Positions 38,881 through 51,000 of a stretch of DNA of 64,000 bases are shown piece by piece (position 1 is the stretch's first letter; each line of letters begins with the position of its first letter). Under the pieces are notes generated by a model, which made no database searches, was not told the origin of the DNA, and saw nothing but the letters and a program-made list of their open reading frames with translations. The DNA is from Tubiluchus corallicola (lineage: Eukaryota; Animalia; Priapulida): the NCBI GenBank assembly GCA_030141605.1, contig JAQGDQ010000441.1, forward strand, positions 62,001 through 126,000, read 5' to 3'. The translations under genes were made by a program, and so were the position numbers.

Positions 38881-39027
38881 AAAATTTTAGGGACAAAAGC
38901 ATGAATAATCCTGTTTATAAAAGTCATTTTAAAACAACGTCTGTTCCGTCTGTCGTATTTCTCTTTGAAACTTTGTCTTCTGTCTGTAGGAGTGTTTTTG
39001 TAAAAAGAGGCCTTTGTAAAATTGGAA

Positions 39028-42000
39028 ATGGAACCGAGCGTGAAGCAATCTTACTTTCAACAGAGAATCGCAAGCTATGCTACATCCTACAGGTATTTCT
39101 GTTCGCTGATCATTTTTTCGTAGTTTATCTGCAAATTTTTCACGAATGTGAATTGCATTACAAAAAATAAAAAGTAACTTATTTTATTTCTCATAGCATA
39201 ATTACAAAGCATGTATAAAACTTGTTATTTGTAAGATGAAAATTATAGATGTGCGCACAGTAAGTACAGTGCTGAAATAAACTTCATTTTTTAAAGCATT
39301 CTTGTAGCCACGATTTACACTGTTATCCTTATTATTGTATAAATTCAATCTTAGGTTTTTATTCTCAGTTTTAATAGAAATTGTGCGGTAATTTAGCAAA
39401 TTTTCCAAACAAGTATAGCATCGTTTACTTGTATTATAAAACCTCTTCTTTGTGAGCTGTTAATGGTCCTGGGGATTTTTTTTAAAAATTCTATATAATT
39501 TTAGTTTGAGTTTTTTCTTAAAGCAAAGCCCGACCCAATCTTAAACTGTAGGTCAAAAGAATCTACTCTTTAAAATATTGAAATTTTTTTCAAAAATGAC
39601 TTTATGTGAAAGAATTATCACCACACAAAAACAATTTCACGTTCACACCACTAGTTCTTCGCTGTTACATGTATTTTGCCATTCGTTAGACGGGTACTGG
39701 CACCTGCATTTTGGAAATGCATTGCACAAAAAACAGGTTCTGTACTTCTCAGTTCAGATGTGTTCGTTTGTGATGAACTACACCCATTTGACAGCTCATG
39801 CGTGAGCGCAGCGGTAAATTTGAAATTTGAATTTTTATCTTAAAACCTGCCTAGTTTCAGTACTACACAGTAGCACTGTACTTCAACTTTCACTTTTGCA
39901 AACGCGTGCAACACGCTCGTGGAATATTTTTGTTGTTGAAAATTATGTTAGTTTGTGATGTTATATCAATAGTTGGGCTTGCCCGCCATTAACTGAGTTT
40001 TTAATCTATTATATAATTATCAGAAACGCTTTAGTAGTATTATTCGTGTTAAAATGTAAACTTTTTATCGTACTTGTAAATTGGCTAGTATATAAAAATC
40101 ATCCTGTCGGCCTTTAGGGAATGTTGGAGTTAGTTTGCTTATAAAGAAATCAAATGATTTGTTTTCGCAGCATTATCAAATGAAAACAAATGAGTTTTTA
40201 TGTTTCAGCGAAGAATGGGAGCTTTTATTTGGTGGCGACGATTTTTACCAACAACTCAAGAACTATGCCCTACACGGTGATTTGAGAAGTTCTAGATTTA
40301 GAAGCGTCTGCTGGAAGGTACATTTCAATCAATCTATTTATTTCACTCCAGCAATACATATACAATACATCATCATACAATATTATTGAAACAAAAAGAA
40401 ACAGTATAGGCTAAAAAAACGTTGATGAAGTCAAATTAACCAAATAAAAGAGTTGCTGTATGACACTTTGAAAGCTTGGCTTGTTAAGGTGGCACAAATG
40501 AGTGAATGAAGGAATGGTTGGTTAGTAGACATGATGGAATGGAAAAAAGTAGTAAGATTAGGGATAGGAAGAAGGAAAAGAGGAGAAGAAACGACCACAG
40601 TGTATGTTTAATTTACATAGAGGTATATTAAAATAGCATTATAATTGATTAGAGGCCATATATTGCAACTGCATGAGACATGAAACCATTAGAATTGTAT
40701 TATAAGTATGAATCAAAAATGGTCCTTTTCAAGTACTTTTTGAAACTATAAATAGTTTTGTGTATTTTTACTTGGGCGCTTATTTTATTCCAGTTATTGG
40801 GGGCTGTGAATTTAATAAAGTGCCTGGCACTATTAGTACGACATTTCGTGTACTACTAGACTAGAATACACTTTTCAAATCTCATCGTTTTTAAACTAAC
40901 TGCACACTAAATCTTCCGTACGTTTTCACCAAACTCGTAAGCGTTTTAAGTGCATCAACTCTGCAATACAGTAGATGCTGTTTATTGGACGCACTGTTAA
41001 TAGAGTCAGTCGCTTAATTGACACAAAAACGTTTGGTACGGGTCGCTCCTATTCAAACGTGTATCAAAACTGTCGGCAATTGACTCGAGTAACTCGGCAT
41101 AATTGGCTGAATATTTTTTATTCACGTGTTTAAAATAAGACACTTGTGTGTGATCAAAAAGCTTTCACTATTTTTATATCATCTTTATCTCGCATTTGGC
41201 ACTATGGTATATGTAGAAGCAGCCACGTTAGGTACAGTTTTGTTTGTAATCAGGTACAGTATGTTTTTCATCTGCCCTTATATTGATAGCCTAGCAGTTT
41301 AGCTCTGAATCTGTCACCAGCTTATCCGCTGCAGTTAACCTCGTTGTTCCTGGAAGCTAAAGCTAAACATTTAATCACTTGCCCAGCAGTTTGTTTTTGA
41401 AGTTCCAGACGCTTTTGACAGGGAAAACAAGGTCATCAGCAACTGCAGCTCAAGCACTAGGTGACTAAGTGTTTTGCGTAAATATATGCAGCATACAAAA
41501 ACAGATTTTCAATGCTTTTATCATTATGAGAATTTCATAAGCAACTTCTTCATGAAGAAATGTAACAACGACCTTGCATGAATTTTTGTATTTCCATTTT
41601 GTTATCAATTCACTTATATAAAATAGTATTCCTGAACAAAATCTCATAGGAACTTTGACATCAATTCGTTTCTATAATTCATTTAAAGCCTTTGCATTGC
41701 ATACTAATGTGATGAGCGATGACTCATACTTCTATAGTAGTAATAGGCTACACCCTTCCGCTAATTGAATCAGTCGGTTAATTGGGTCAAAACACATCCG
41801 TCCTAAACTGAGTCTATTAAGCGTCGTCTACTGCAGTTTACTGCTTTTGCAGAGTTTTAATTACATTAATTGCTTCAGGGATGAGAATTTTCCGCGGATA
41901 CGCGGAATTCCGAGTTTCTGGAAGACCTGTAGTGCCATTTTTGTAAGTCGTATAAATTCGTTGAAAAATTTTTTTACAGACCCAGTACATTATTTCACAA

Positions 42001-45000
42001 GCTGACCGCTAGATGGCAGGCCGTCACTTTGTTCACATCACGTACATCAGTGTAACCACGTGTATATCTCTATGTATAAAAATATAGAATCAATTGTGCG
42101 GAGTTATTTGAGTCAATTGCAGACAGTTTTTATATACTTTTGCATAGGAGCGGCCAGTACTTAGGCATTTTTGAGACAATTAGGCATCATGTATCCTTGA
42201 TAGTTGGGTATTTTAAATTATGCATAAAACAAGGTAATTGATATTTTAAGTCCACTTAGAAGGCTCTCTATGGTCACAAAATTGCAATTTGTTGCTGGCT
42301 CCAAGGGGGCTTCCCTTGAACCGCATTGGGAGCCTAGGTGGCCCCAAAACCCAGTTTTTTGCAATTTGTCATTCTCATCCCTGTTACTTTAAAAAGTGAT
42401 TTTTTCTGTTTATATTTTTTAAGCACTATTTACTGAATTCACTCTGCCCCCTTTGCTTTGACCATCATCCTTTGCCTGTCCCACATAAGTTATTGGATGA
42501 ACTAGTGCAAAATCGTAAATTCTTATACCATTAGCAAATACCCTCGTGATAGGGGATAATTATTGAATGCTAAAAATGCAATGTTGTTGTGAGTTGGCCC
42601 TGTGAATATGTTGTTTTGAAAGTAAAGATTACTCCAGTTTTAGGAAAAGTTTATGATTTATTCTCTTTAGAGATTTCCAGTATAAAGTACCAGAATATTT
42701 CTTGCTGATGATATTCCTACAAAAGTGTCAAAAAAGCGGGTTGATTTAAATAAATACAAATTTTGGAAGCTCGGTGAGTCTCCTACATAGTCCAGATAAG
42801 TCCACTGTACTCCATTTTAAACACACAGTACTTTAATGCAAAACCATATCCAATGTCAAACTATAGATCAAAACAATTTGCTCTTTAAAATATTGAAAGG
42901 AAACATACTATTTTTTGAAAATTATTTACTTGAAAGAATTATTACCACACAAACACAATTTCATGTTCGTGCCACTAGTTCTTCACTGCTAAATGCATTT
43001 CACTATTCGCTATTAGATGGGCACTAGCGCCTGCATTTCGGAAACGCCTTGCACAAAAGATAGGTGCTATCTCTCAGCTCAGATGTGTTAGTTTGTGACG
43101 AACTGCACACGTTCGACAGCTCATCTGTGAGTACAGCGGTAAATTTGAAATTTGAATTTTTATCTTAAAACTTACCTAGTATTAGTACAACACACTGAAT
43201 CTCTTACAGTAGCACTGTACTTCAATTTTCGTTTTCAAAAACGAGCAACATGGTCGTATTCTTGATGTTGAAAATTATGTTAGTTTGTGATGCCATCACT
43301 AATTGGGCTCGCCCGCTGTTAATTAAGTTGTTAATCTGTTATTTCATTATCAAAAACGCTTTTGCAGTATTAATAATGTTAAAATGTATACTTTTTAATA
43401 GACTTGAAAATGGGGTAGTATATGAAAAACCATCCTGTCTCTGTTTAATATTAAAAGCTAAACTCTAGAATTTTCTTCAAACTAATGTGTATGTAAACTA
43501 ACAAACTAATGGGCTGTGTATCTCACATAAAACAAGAGATCTGTGCACAAATTAAAGTTAGATCAATGTACATGTCACAAAACAGAAATTACGGTAATAA
43601 TAATAAGTATTAGTAGTAGTAGTAGTACTAGAAGAAGAAGAAGAAATGATCTCAGTAGTTTTTCTGTTTTTGGTTTTTGCCAAAAACATGTAATATTGTC
43701 GTGAACGACTATTAACTGACACCAGTATTTATGCTTGTGCTGAACTTCAAATGCAGTAAGGCAAAAAACTGTAAAACCGCGTACTGATTTCATTTGTATA
43801 TTGTATTTTTAGTTGTATTTGGATGTTCTGCCAGAGGATAAATCAGATTGGTTGACCGTGACTAAGAAATTTCGTAGTCGTTATGCTAACATTAAGAATA
43901 AGGTAGGTATATATTTGGTTTTCACTGTTTATTTTTAGCTTATTATTGTTTTATTTATTTCATTTTGTTTATTGTTGATGTGGTAACTATGACAACCACT
44001 ACACATAGTTTCTGCTGCAAATTGAATTTCTGTTTGTGGGTAATATTGTACTATAGATATATAATATAATCTTTGAAGTATAAATATAGTTTGCCTATAA
44101 TACTGTACTCTATATTTTTGTTTTTGTTGTGGAGATCGCTGGCATCTATTAGCATTAAATAGAACATTGTAGAATGTTCCATTAGAATAATCGTCTTACG
44201 TTGTAGAATGTTCTAGAAGGAAATGTCTAGAATGTTCCCTGGCACGCTATATAAGACGAAGCAGGCTGCTGACGTACACACGCAGATTTCGCACGGGAGC
44301 CACTTGCCAATTCACTTGTATACCTGTATGTTACAAGCATTTCACCATTTGCTAGTTAGACTGGCAGTAGTGCCTGCATTTCAGAAATGCATTGCACAAA
44401 AAACAGGTGCTGTACCTCTCAGTTGAGTTGTGTTAGTTTTTGATGAACTACACGCATTTGGCAGCTCATGCGTGGCTTAAAACTTGCCTAGTTTTAGTAC
44501 AACACACTGAATATCTTACAGTAGCACTGTACTTCAATTTTCGCTTTCGCAAACACACGTGCAACACCCTCGTGAAATATTTTTGCTGTTGAAAACTACG
44601 TTTCTTAGTGATGTCATCAATAGTTGGGCTCGCCCGCCGTTAATTTAGTTTTTAGTTATCAGAAACGCTTTTGCTGCATTAATTGTGTTAAAACGTATAC
44701 TTTTCTCAGACTTGAAAATGGGGCTGTATATGAAAAATCATCCTGTCTTCCTTTAAATGACATCTACTATAATAATATTAATAATGATAACTAGCAAAGG
44801 CCCCGCAAAAAATTTTGCGTATAAATACACTTATCATCAATAATACGCGAACATCCTACACAGTCCTCACTTATAATGCAAAGCCAGCAGCAGCAGCAGC
44901 TTTTACTGAATTAAAGTTATAAGCAGAGTATAATGGATCATGTCAGAACAATGGTCGTCAGATCTCAGACGTATAACTTTTGCAAAAAACGGCCGAAAAA

Positions 45001-48000
45001 TGGCCATTTTGGAGGTTTTTCGCCCCCCCCCCATTCTTCGCGGTGTGCCCGATTCGAAAAATAAACCCCCAGTGGCACGACACTAGATCGAGACCTTTCG
45101 TTTGATATATAGAGCGCCCCAAATGGTGCCATCGTCGGAGCTGTAGCCTCGAATCTTATGTATTAAACCCATACCAGCTAAAATTAATATATAGATAATA
45201 ATAATAATAAGAAGAAGAAGAAGAATAGAAATTGAAATTTTCCTTATTAAGAAATTACGTCTGTGGCCACAGTCATGTTACAGTATACTGAAAATACTTC
45301 GGGACTAGATACTGAGAACAGTCCTTCTCTTGATTATTTGAAGTCAGACACACTAGGTGACAACTTACGTCTGAAGCCAGACTCACTAGGTGACAACTTA
45401 CGTCACTTCCATAGACTATCATACACAATTAACAGCTGCAAACCTTTAACTAGGATGTTCAGAATTAAAGGTCAATGTGAAAATGTTTTGAGAATGTCTA
45501 TTTATTAAGACTATTTCATGACTACACCAAATCACGTTGAAAACACCGGTTCTCGTCTAATCACCGAAGTTAAGCAACGTAGTGCCTGGTTAGTACTTGG
45601 ATAGGTGACCACCTAGGAATACCAGGTGCTGTAGGCTTGCGGGATGACCGCACTGTATCTCGACACTAGGCGGAGGAGCTACACAAGCAGCCAACGGCTA
45701 GAGGGCGGAGGAGGTCAAGTGACCCAACGGCCATGTGTAGAGGAGTAAACCTTCCAAATCAGGAGTGGAGCCCCGAAGGCGGACCAGTGCAGCATGCGTA
45801 CCGCTCCGCTTTCCTTTGGACTACACAAGGGAGGAAGAGAGGGGGTTCCTGTTGTCCGGGCAACTCAGGATCTCCATACACCTTGCCCAGGCGTGCGCCG
45901 TGGAGACGTTCAAGGATCGGACTGCTCAGCCACAGTCGACGCTGCAGCTCCATCAATGTGATCAATAACTGACTCTCTCGGCGCACACTCCATTATCTTC
46001 CAAGACAGAAGGATGCCAACAACAACAATTTTATGAAAACAACTTGAACTTTGACAATACAAATACATAAACCAGCAAATAACAAGTCTCATGTTCATTG
46101 ATGTATGTAGGATTCTGACAACATGTAGTTCACTGGCTAATCTTCAACCGGGGGTAGTTCCCCTGTAGTACCAGGATACGGTCGTGATAATCGGAAGGTG
46201 TCGCTGCTGTCAATAGATTGTTTAGAACACGTCAAGAGGAGACGAAATGCTTTACGGAATTCTACGTTCCTGCGTGCGTAGATAATTGGATTGGTGGCCG
46301 AACCCACGTATTTGAGCATCAGCGTTGCTTCAAATACCCATCTTGGAATACGGAAACCCAATCCTTGAAACTCTGAAATGACAAAAAATTGAAACCACGA
46401 GAACAGAAAGCTAATGAGAACGAAGCCCACAGTTACTGTAGCTTTATTTTGTTTTTGAACCGTCCGAGTGCGCTGCTCGGGTGCGATGCGCCGCAACTGC
46501 GAGGTGGCTGCTCTCCATATTCTGGCATATGCCACGAATAACACCAGTCCCGGAATAATGTTGAACACTAACACGGATACACGGAACGAGACTTCAGTTT
46601 CCCATCTTATGCACTCTATTCCCAGTTTTATCCATATTGGGACGACAGTACTTCCAGTTAAAATGATTGGAACCACCCATGCTGTACCAATGATGAATTT
46701 AAACCATGTGTCTGGCAGCCATTTTTTGTATTGTAATGGGTACATTATAGCTATGTACCTTTCGGCCGCAATGGCATATAGGTGCACGCAGCTGCAGTTA
46801 CCAATATACGTGTCTATCAAGAAGAACATGGTACAGAAGGCCTTCCTTCTCAGGAATTCATGGACGACTTGTATATTTCCGGTTCTGACTCCCCAGTAGT
46901 ATGCCGTCCTCATTATGCATGCTGGGATGAGGAATAATCCGTAGATCAGGTCGGCCGTTGCTAGCGAAGAGAGTAACCGGTTGCTCTGGTTGTTAAGCGC
47001 AGCATACTTCTTCACAGAAAGTATAACCAGAACGTTACCAATCACCGTGATGATGCACAGCGCGTAATAAACGACCACGTGAAAAATCGGATTAAGAAGT
47101 CCATCGTCTTCCGGTTTTTGTTCACCTCTTGGTCCAGCGGACAAATTTTTGTCAGTCATTTCCATTACGTGATTTGCAAATGCACAGCCTATATGTTATT
47201 AGCAGCAAGTTATCACTTATGACTGTGCTTAAAGGTATAATTACCGGACGTCTCTAATGTAGCAGCGAGTCTTGACCAAACACGTTTTAAAGAGAACACA
47301 TTTCAGCTTTGACTTGCTTGCTGCGGCATGTTTCGCTTTTTTTAAGCTGACGAAATGGCTTCCTTTTAGGGATTTAGCTTTTGTGGTTGATTTGTGTCAG
47401 AAGACCGCGCAGTTCTACTGCACATGGTGTCGGAAAAATAATTGCTCAGTAGTGTCGTATTGTTTAACACACAGGTTTCTTTCTTCATCTATTCAGGGCA
47501 TACAAATGTAAATAGGATGCTAATGGTTGATTGCCCAGTGGCATTATATTTACTTAATCCTTATATGTGTCTTATTTACTTAGACACTGGTATAGTTCAA
47601 GCAAAGCATTAACATCAGTGATTTTACCTAACATTCATGACTGTGTAATAAAATTTCCGTTAATTATTCTGATTCAAATGAACAGCCAGTACGGTTTGCA
47701 TTATAACTATATAGAGGTTGAACGCTCATGTATAACACTTAGACATGTATATATATGTGTGTGTATGCAAAATGCCAATACAGACAGACAATGAATATTT
47801 AAGTACTAATCAAAACAGAAAAAAAATTGAAATTAAATTTTGTATGAAAGGTTAAGTGTACTACAGCAACGCATCCTAACCGCAACCATCGCGTGACATG
47901 TAAAGCAAAGCCGTGTGCCACATCAGTTCGGTAATTTCAATTGTTTTCCATGGTCTTTGCTTAATTATGCACTAGTTCGTGCATAGAGTGATTTATTAGT

Positions 48001-51000
48001 AGGATCTTGCTTGGGAACAAGAAAAATGGACTCGGTAAGGTTCTAGCTAGCTGTTAAAACTGTTGCTATTACAACAGCATGGGCTGCGAGGCTTTGTCAA
48101 GTGTATACAAATGCGTTGTCTGGGACACTTAACCTCTGACTTTTTCATGATCATCATCACTGAAAATGACTAAAAGGATCAATGAAATTATTGGACTAAA
48201 ATCTCTGTATTTGTTTTTGCCTAAGTGTTTTCTCAAGATGGACTAAGAATATAAGGGCTGAAATGTTAAATTTTAACCATGTCTGCATGTTTTATGTGAG
48301 ATTTTGTCTTCCTGGGTGTGTCTTCCTATGAGTTACTGAGTGTGAGATAGTGAGAGAGTTTACTGAATGACTGCCAGTGAGTTACTGAGTGTGAGCTAGT
48401 CAGAGAGTTGACTGAGTGACTGTCTGTTAGTTACTGAGTGTGAGATAGTCAGAGAGTTTACTGAGTGACTGCCAGTGAGTTCCTGAGTGTGAGCTAGTCA
48501 GAGAGTTTACTGAGTGACTGCCAGTGAGTTACTGAGTGTGAGCTAGTCAGAGAGTTTACTGAGTGACTGCCAGTGAGTTACTGAGTGTGAGATAGTGAGA
48601 GAGTTTACTGAATGACTGCCAGTGAGTTACTGAGTGTGAACTAGTCAGAGAGTTTACTGAGTGATTGGCAGTGAGTTACTGAGTGTGAGCTAGTCAGAGA
48701 GTTTACTGAGCGACTGCCAGTGAGTTACTGAGAGTGAGCTAGTCAGCGAGTTTACTGAGTGATTGCCAGTGAGTTACTGAGTGTGAGATAGTCAGAGAGT
48801 TTACTGAATGACTGCCAGTGAGTTACTGAGAGTGAGCTAGTCAGAGAGTTTACTGAGTGGCTGCAAGGGAGTTACTGAGTGTAAGCTAGTCAGAGAGTTT
48901 ACTGAACGACTGCCAGTGATTTACTGAGTGTGAGATAGTCAGAAAGTTTACTGAATGACTGCCAGTGAGTTACTGAGCATGAGCTAGTCAGAAAGTTTAC
49001 TGAATGACTGCCAGTGAGTTACTGAGCGTGAGCTAGTCAGAGAGTTTACTGAGTGACTGCCAGTGAGTTACTGAGCGTGAGCTAGTCAGAGAGTTTACTG
49101 AGTGACTGCCAGTTAGTTACTGAGCGTGAGCTAGTCAGAGAGTTTACTGAGTGACTGCCAGTGAGTTACTGAGCGTGAGCTAGTCAGAGAGTTTACTGAG
49201 TGATTGGCAGTGAGTTACTGAGCGTGAGCTAGTCAGAGAGTTTACTGAGTGACTGCCAGTGAGTTACTGAGCGTGAGCTAGTCAGAGAGTTTACTGAGTG
49301 ACTGCCAGTTAGTTACTGAGCGTGAGCTAGTCAGAGAGTTTACTGAGTGACTGCCAGTTAGTTACTGAGCGTGAGCTAGTCAGAGAGTTTACTGAATGAC
49401 TGCCAATGAGTTACTGAGAGTGAACTAGTCAGAGAGTTTACTGAGTGACTGTCAGTGAGTTACTGAGTTTGAGATAGTGTGAGAGTTTACTGAATGGTTG
49501 CCAGTCAGTTACTGAGTGTGTTAGTTTTTTCTTTATATTTTTTTAACAGCCAACGCTTCACTAAACCAGGAATCTCTTTTTAACTAGGTGACATTTCTGG
49601 TGTGCCGGCTGGTACCAACAATTACTAGATCAGTGTCCTAGTTGTAAGCTTAGTTCCAACAAGGAGAGCTCTACGCATTGGCATTGTATATAATGAATAT
49701 ATATATCTAAATCTGAAACAACAGGGAAATTTACTTGACAACAAAATAAAATCAGTAACCGTATTACATTACAGAAACACAAGCATTTGCAACTGCAAAG
49801 GCCTGCTTAGTTTGCTCTGTTCAAGTAACATAATAATGCAAAATAATAATAAAAACCAATGTGGTTAACTATGCAAAAATATATGCACATAATCATATAT
49901 CACATGAAAATATATGCACATAAGGTCAATAATCCTATGACATTTTATGTGCAGTTAAGCCTATGATAATGCATATACATATATGCCTAGGCCAGCCAAT
50001 ATTTGCAAGGATAATGCAGAACTTTTATATCAAATATTATCTGCCTGAAAAAGGCAATTAACATTATATAGATTCATAATAGATATCAGTAGCAGGGACG
50101 TGTTCCATAAGGCATGAATATAACATATTTACAAGCATGGTGCTGCAATGGCTATACTAAAAGCGCCGTGGGCTCTCACTTGTGGCACTGCAGTGAGGGA
50201 TACATATAGATGGTCATCTTGGGGATGATGTGTTTCTAATGTTTTGAAGGGAGGAGGAGGTGTCATTACCCGTGGCTAGGCTTTGCATTTCGATGTGGGT
50301 GGGTTGGATTTGGTGTTGTCTAGGTTTTGGCTTATTGAAATTAAGGACTGAGGCGAAAGGTGTAACAGTGGTGAGTTTTCTGTGTCGCAGGTATGCAATT
50401 AGAGCAATTAGCAGTAATAAACCTGCAAGGCTGGCAATAGCAATTTCCAATGCTTGAGTGTGTTGTGGCGAAGAATCTGTGGTGTTGAATATAAGAGTCT
50501 GGCAGAAGTGGTTAGCGGGCGATTATGCTTTAGAGCATCTTTTAGCTCAGCAGATGATACGTTGAGTGGCTTATGTGCATATAGCCTTGGTGGCGGAAGG
50601 GGAAGAGATTTGTGTGATTCAGTGGTGTTGTTTGCAGGTCTAATTAATCTGCTGTTGTGGAGATCGCTGGCATCTTTTAGAATTACATAGAACATTGTAG
50701 AATGTTCCGTTGGAACGACCGTCTTACCGTCTGGAATGTTCTGGAACATTACTTCTGGAAGTTTCTTCAGCGCGCTATATAAGGCGAAGCAGGCCGCCGT
50801 CATGAGAGCGCACAGAGCACAAAGATCTCGCACGGACGTATACTTACACATTCTCTTGTATACTTGTATTTTCAGATGCACGTAAACGTTTTCCAGATTT
50901 TCACATTTACAGTAATCGTTTCTCTTTCCTTCATACTTTTGTGTTGTAGAATTCTTGCTAATTATACTAGTTTAATTCGACGAAGTGTTTTCTGGTTTTC

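Noticed and set aside
45733-45986. Recurrent ~70-85 aa ORFs (also 22242-22457 and 57929-58252)
   Set aside because: Chance frames in the GC-rich SINE body; indels between copies do not preserve a common frame.
46468-46899. 143-aa plus-strand ORF
   Set aside because: Antisense shadow of the GPCR coding sequence with no recognisable motif.
46137-47165. Opsin, because of a TM7 lysine
   Set aside because: The Lys is 8 residues before P7.50 (7.42), not 7 (7.43) as for the retinal-binding lysine; D3.32 and Y7.43 point to the aminergic group.
50408-50881. 157-aa minus ORF as a real gene
   Set aside because: Chimeric: the N-terminal half is antisense solo-LTR sequence; only the part below 50652 belongs to the env-like remnant.
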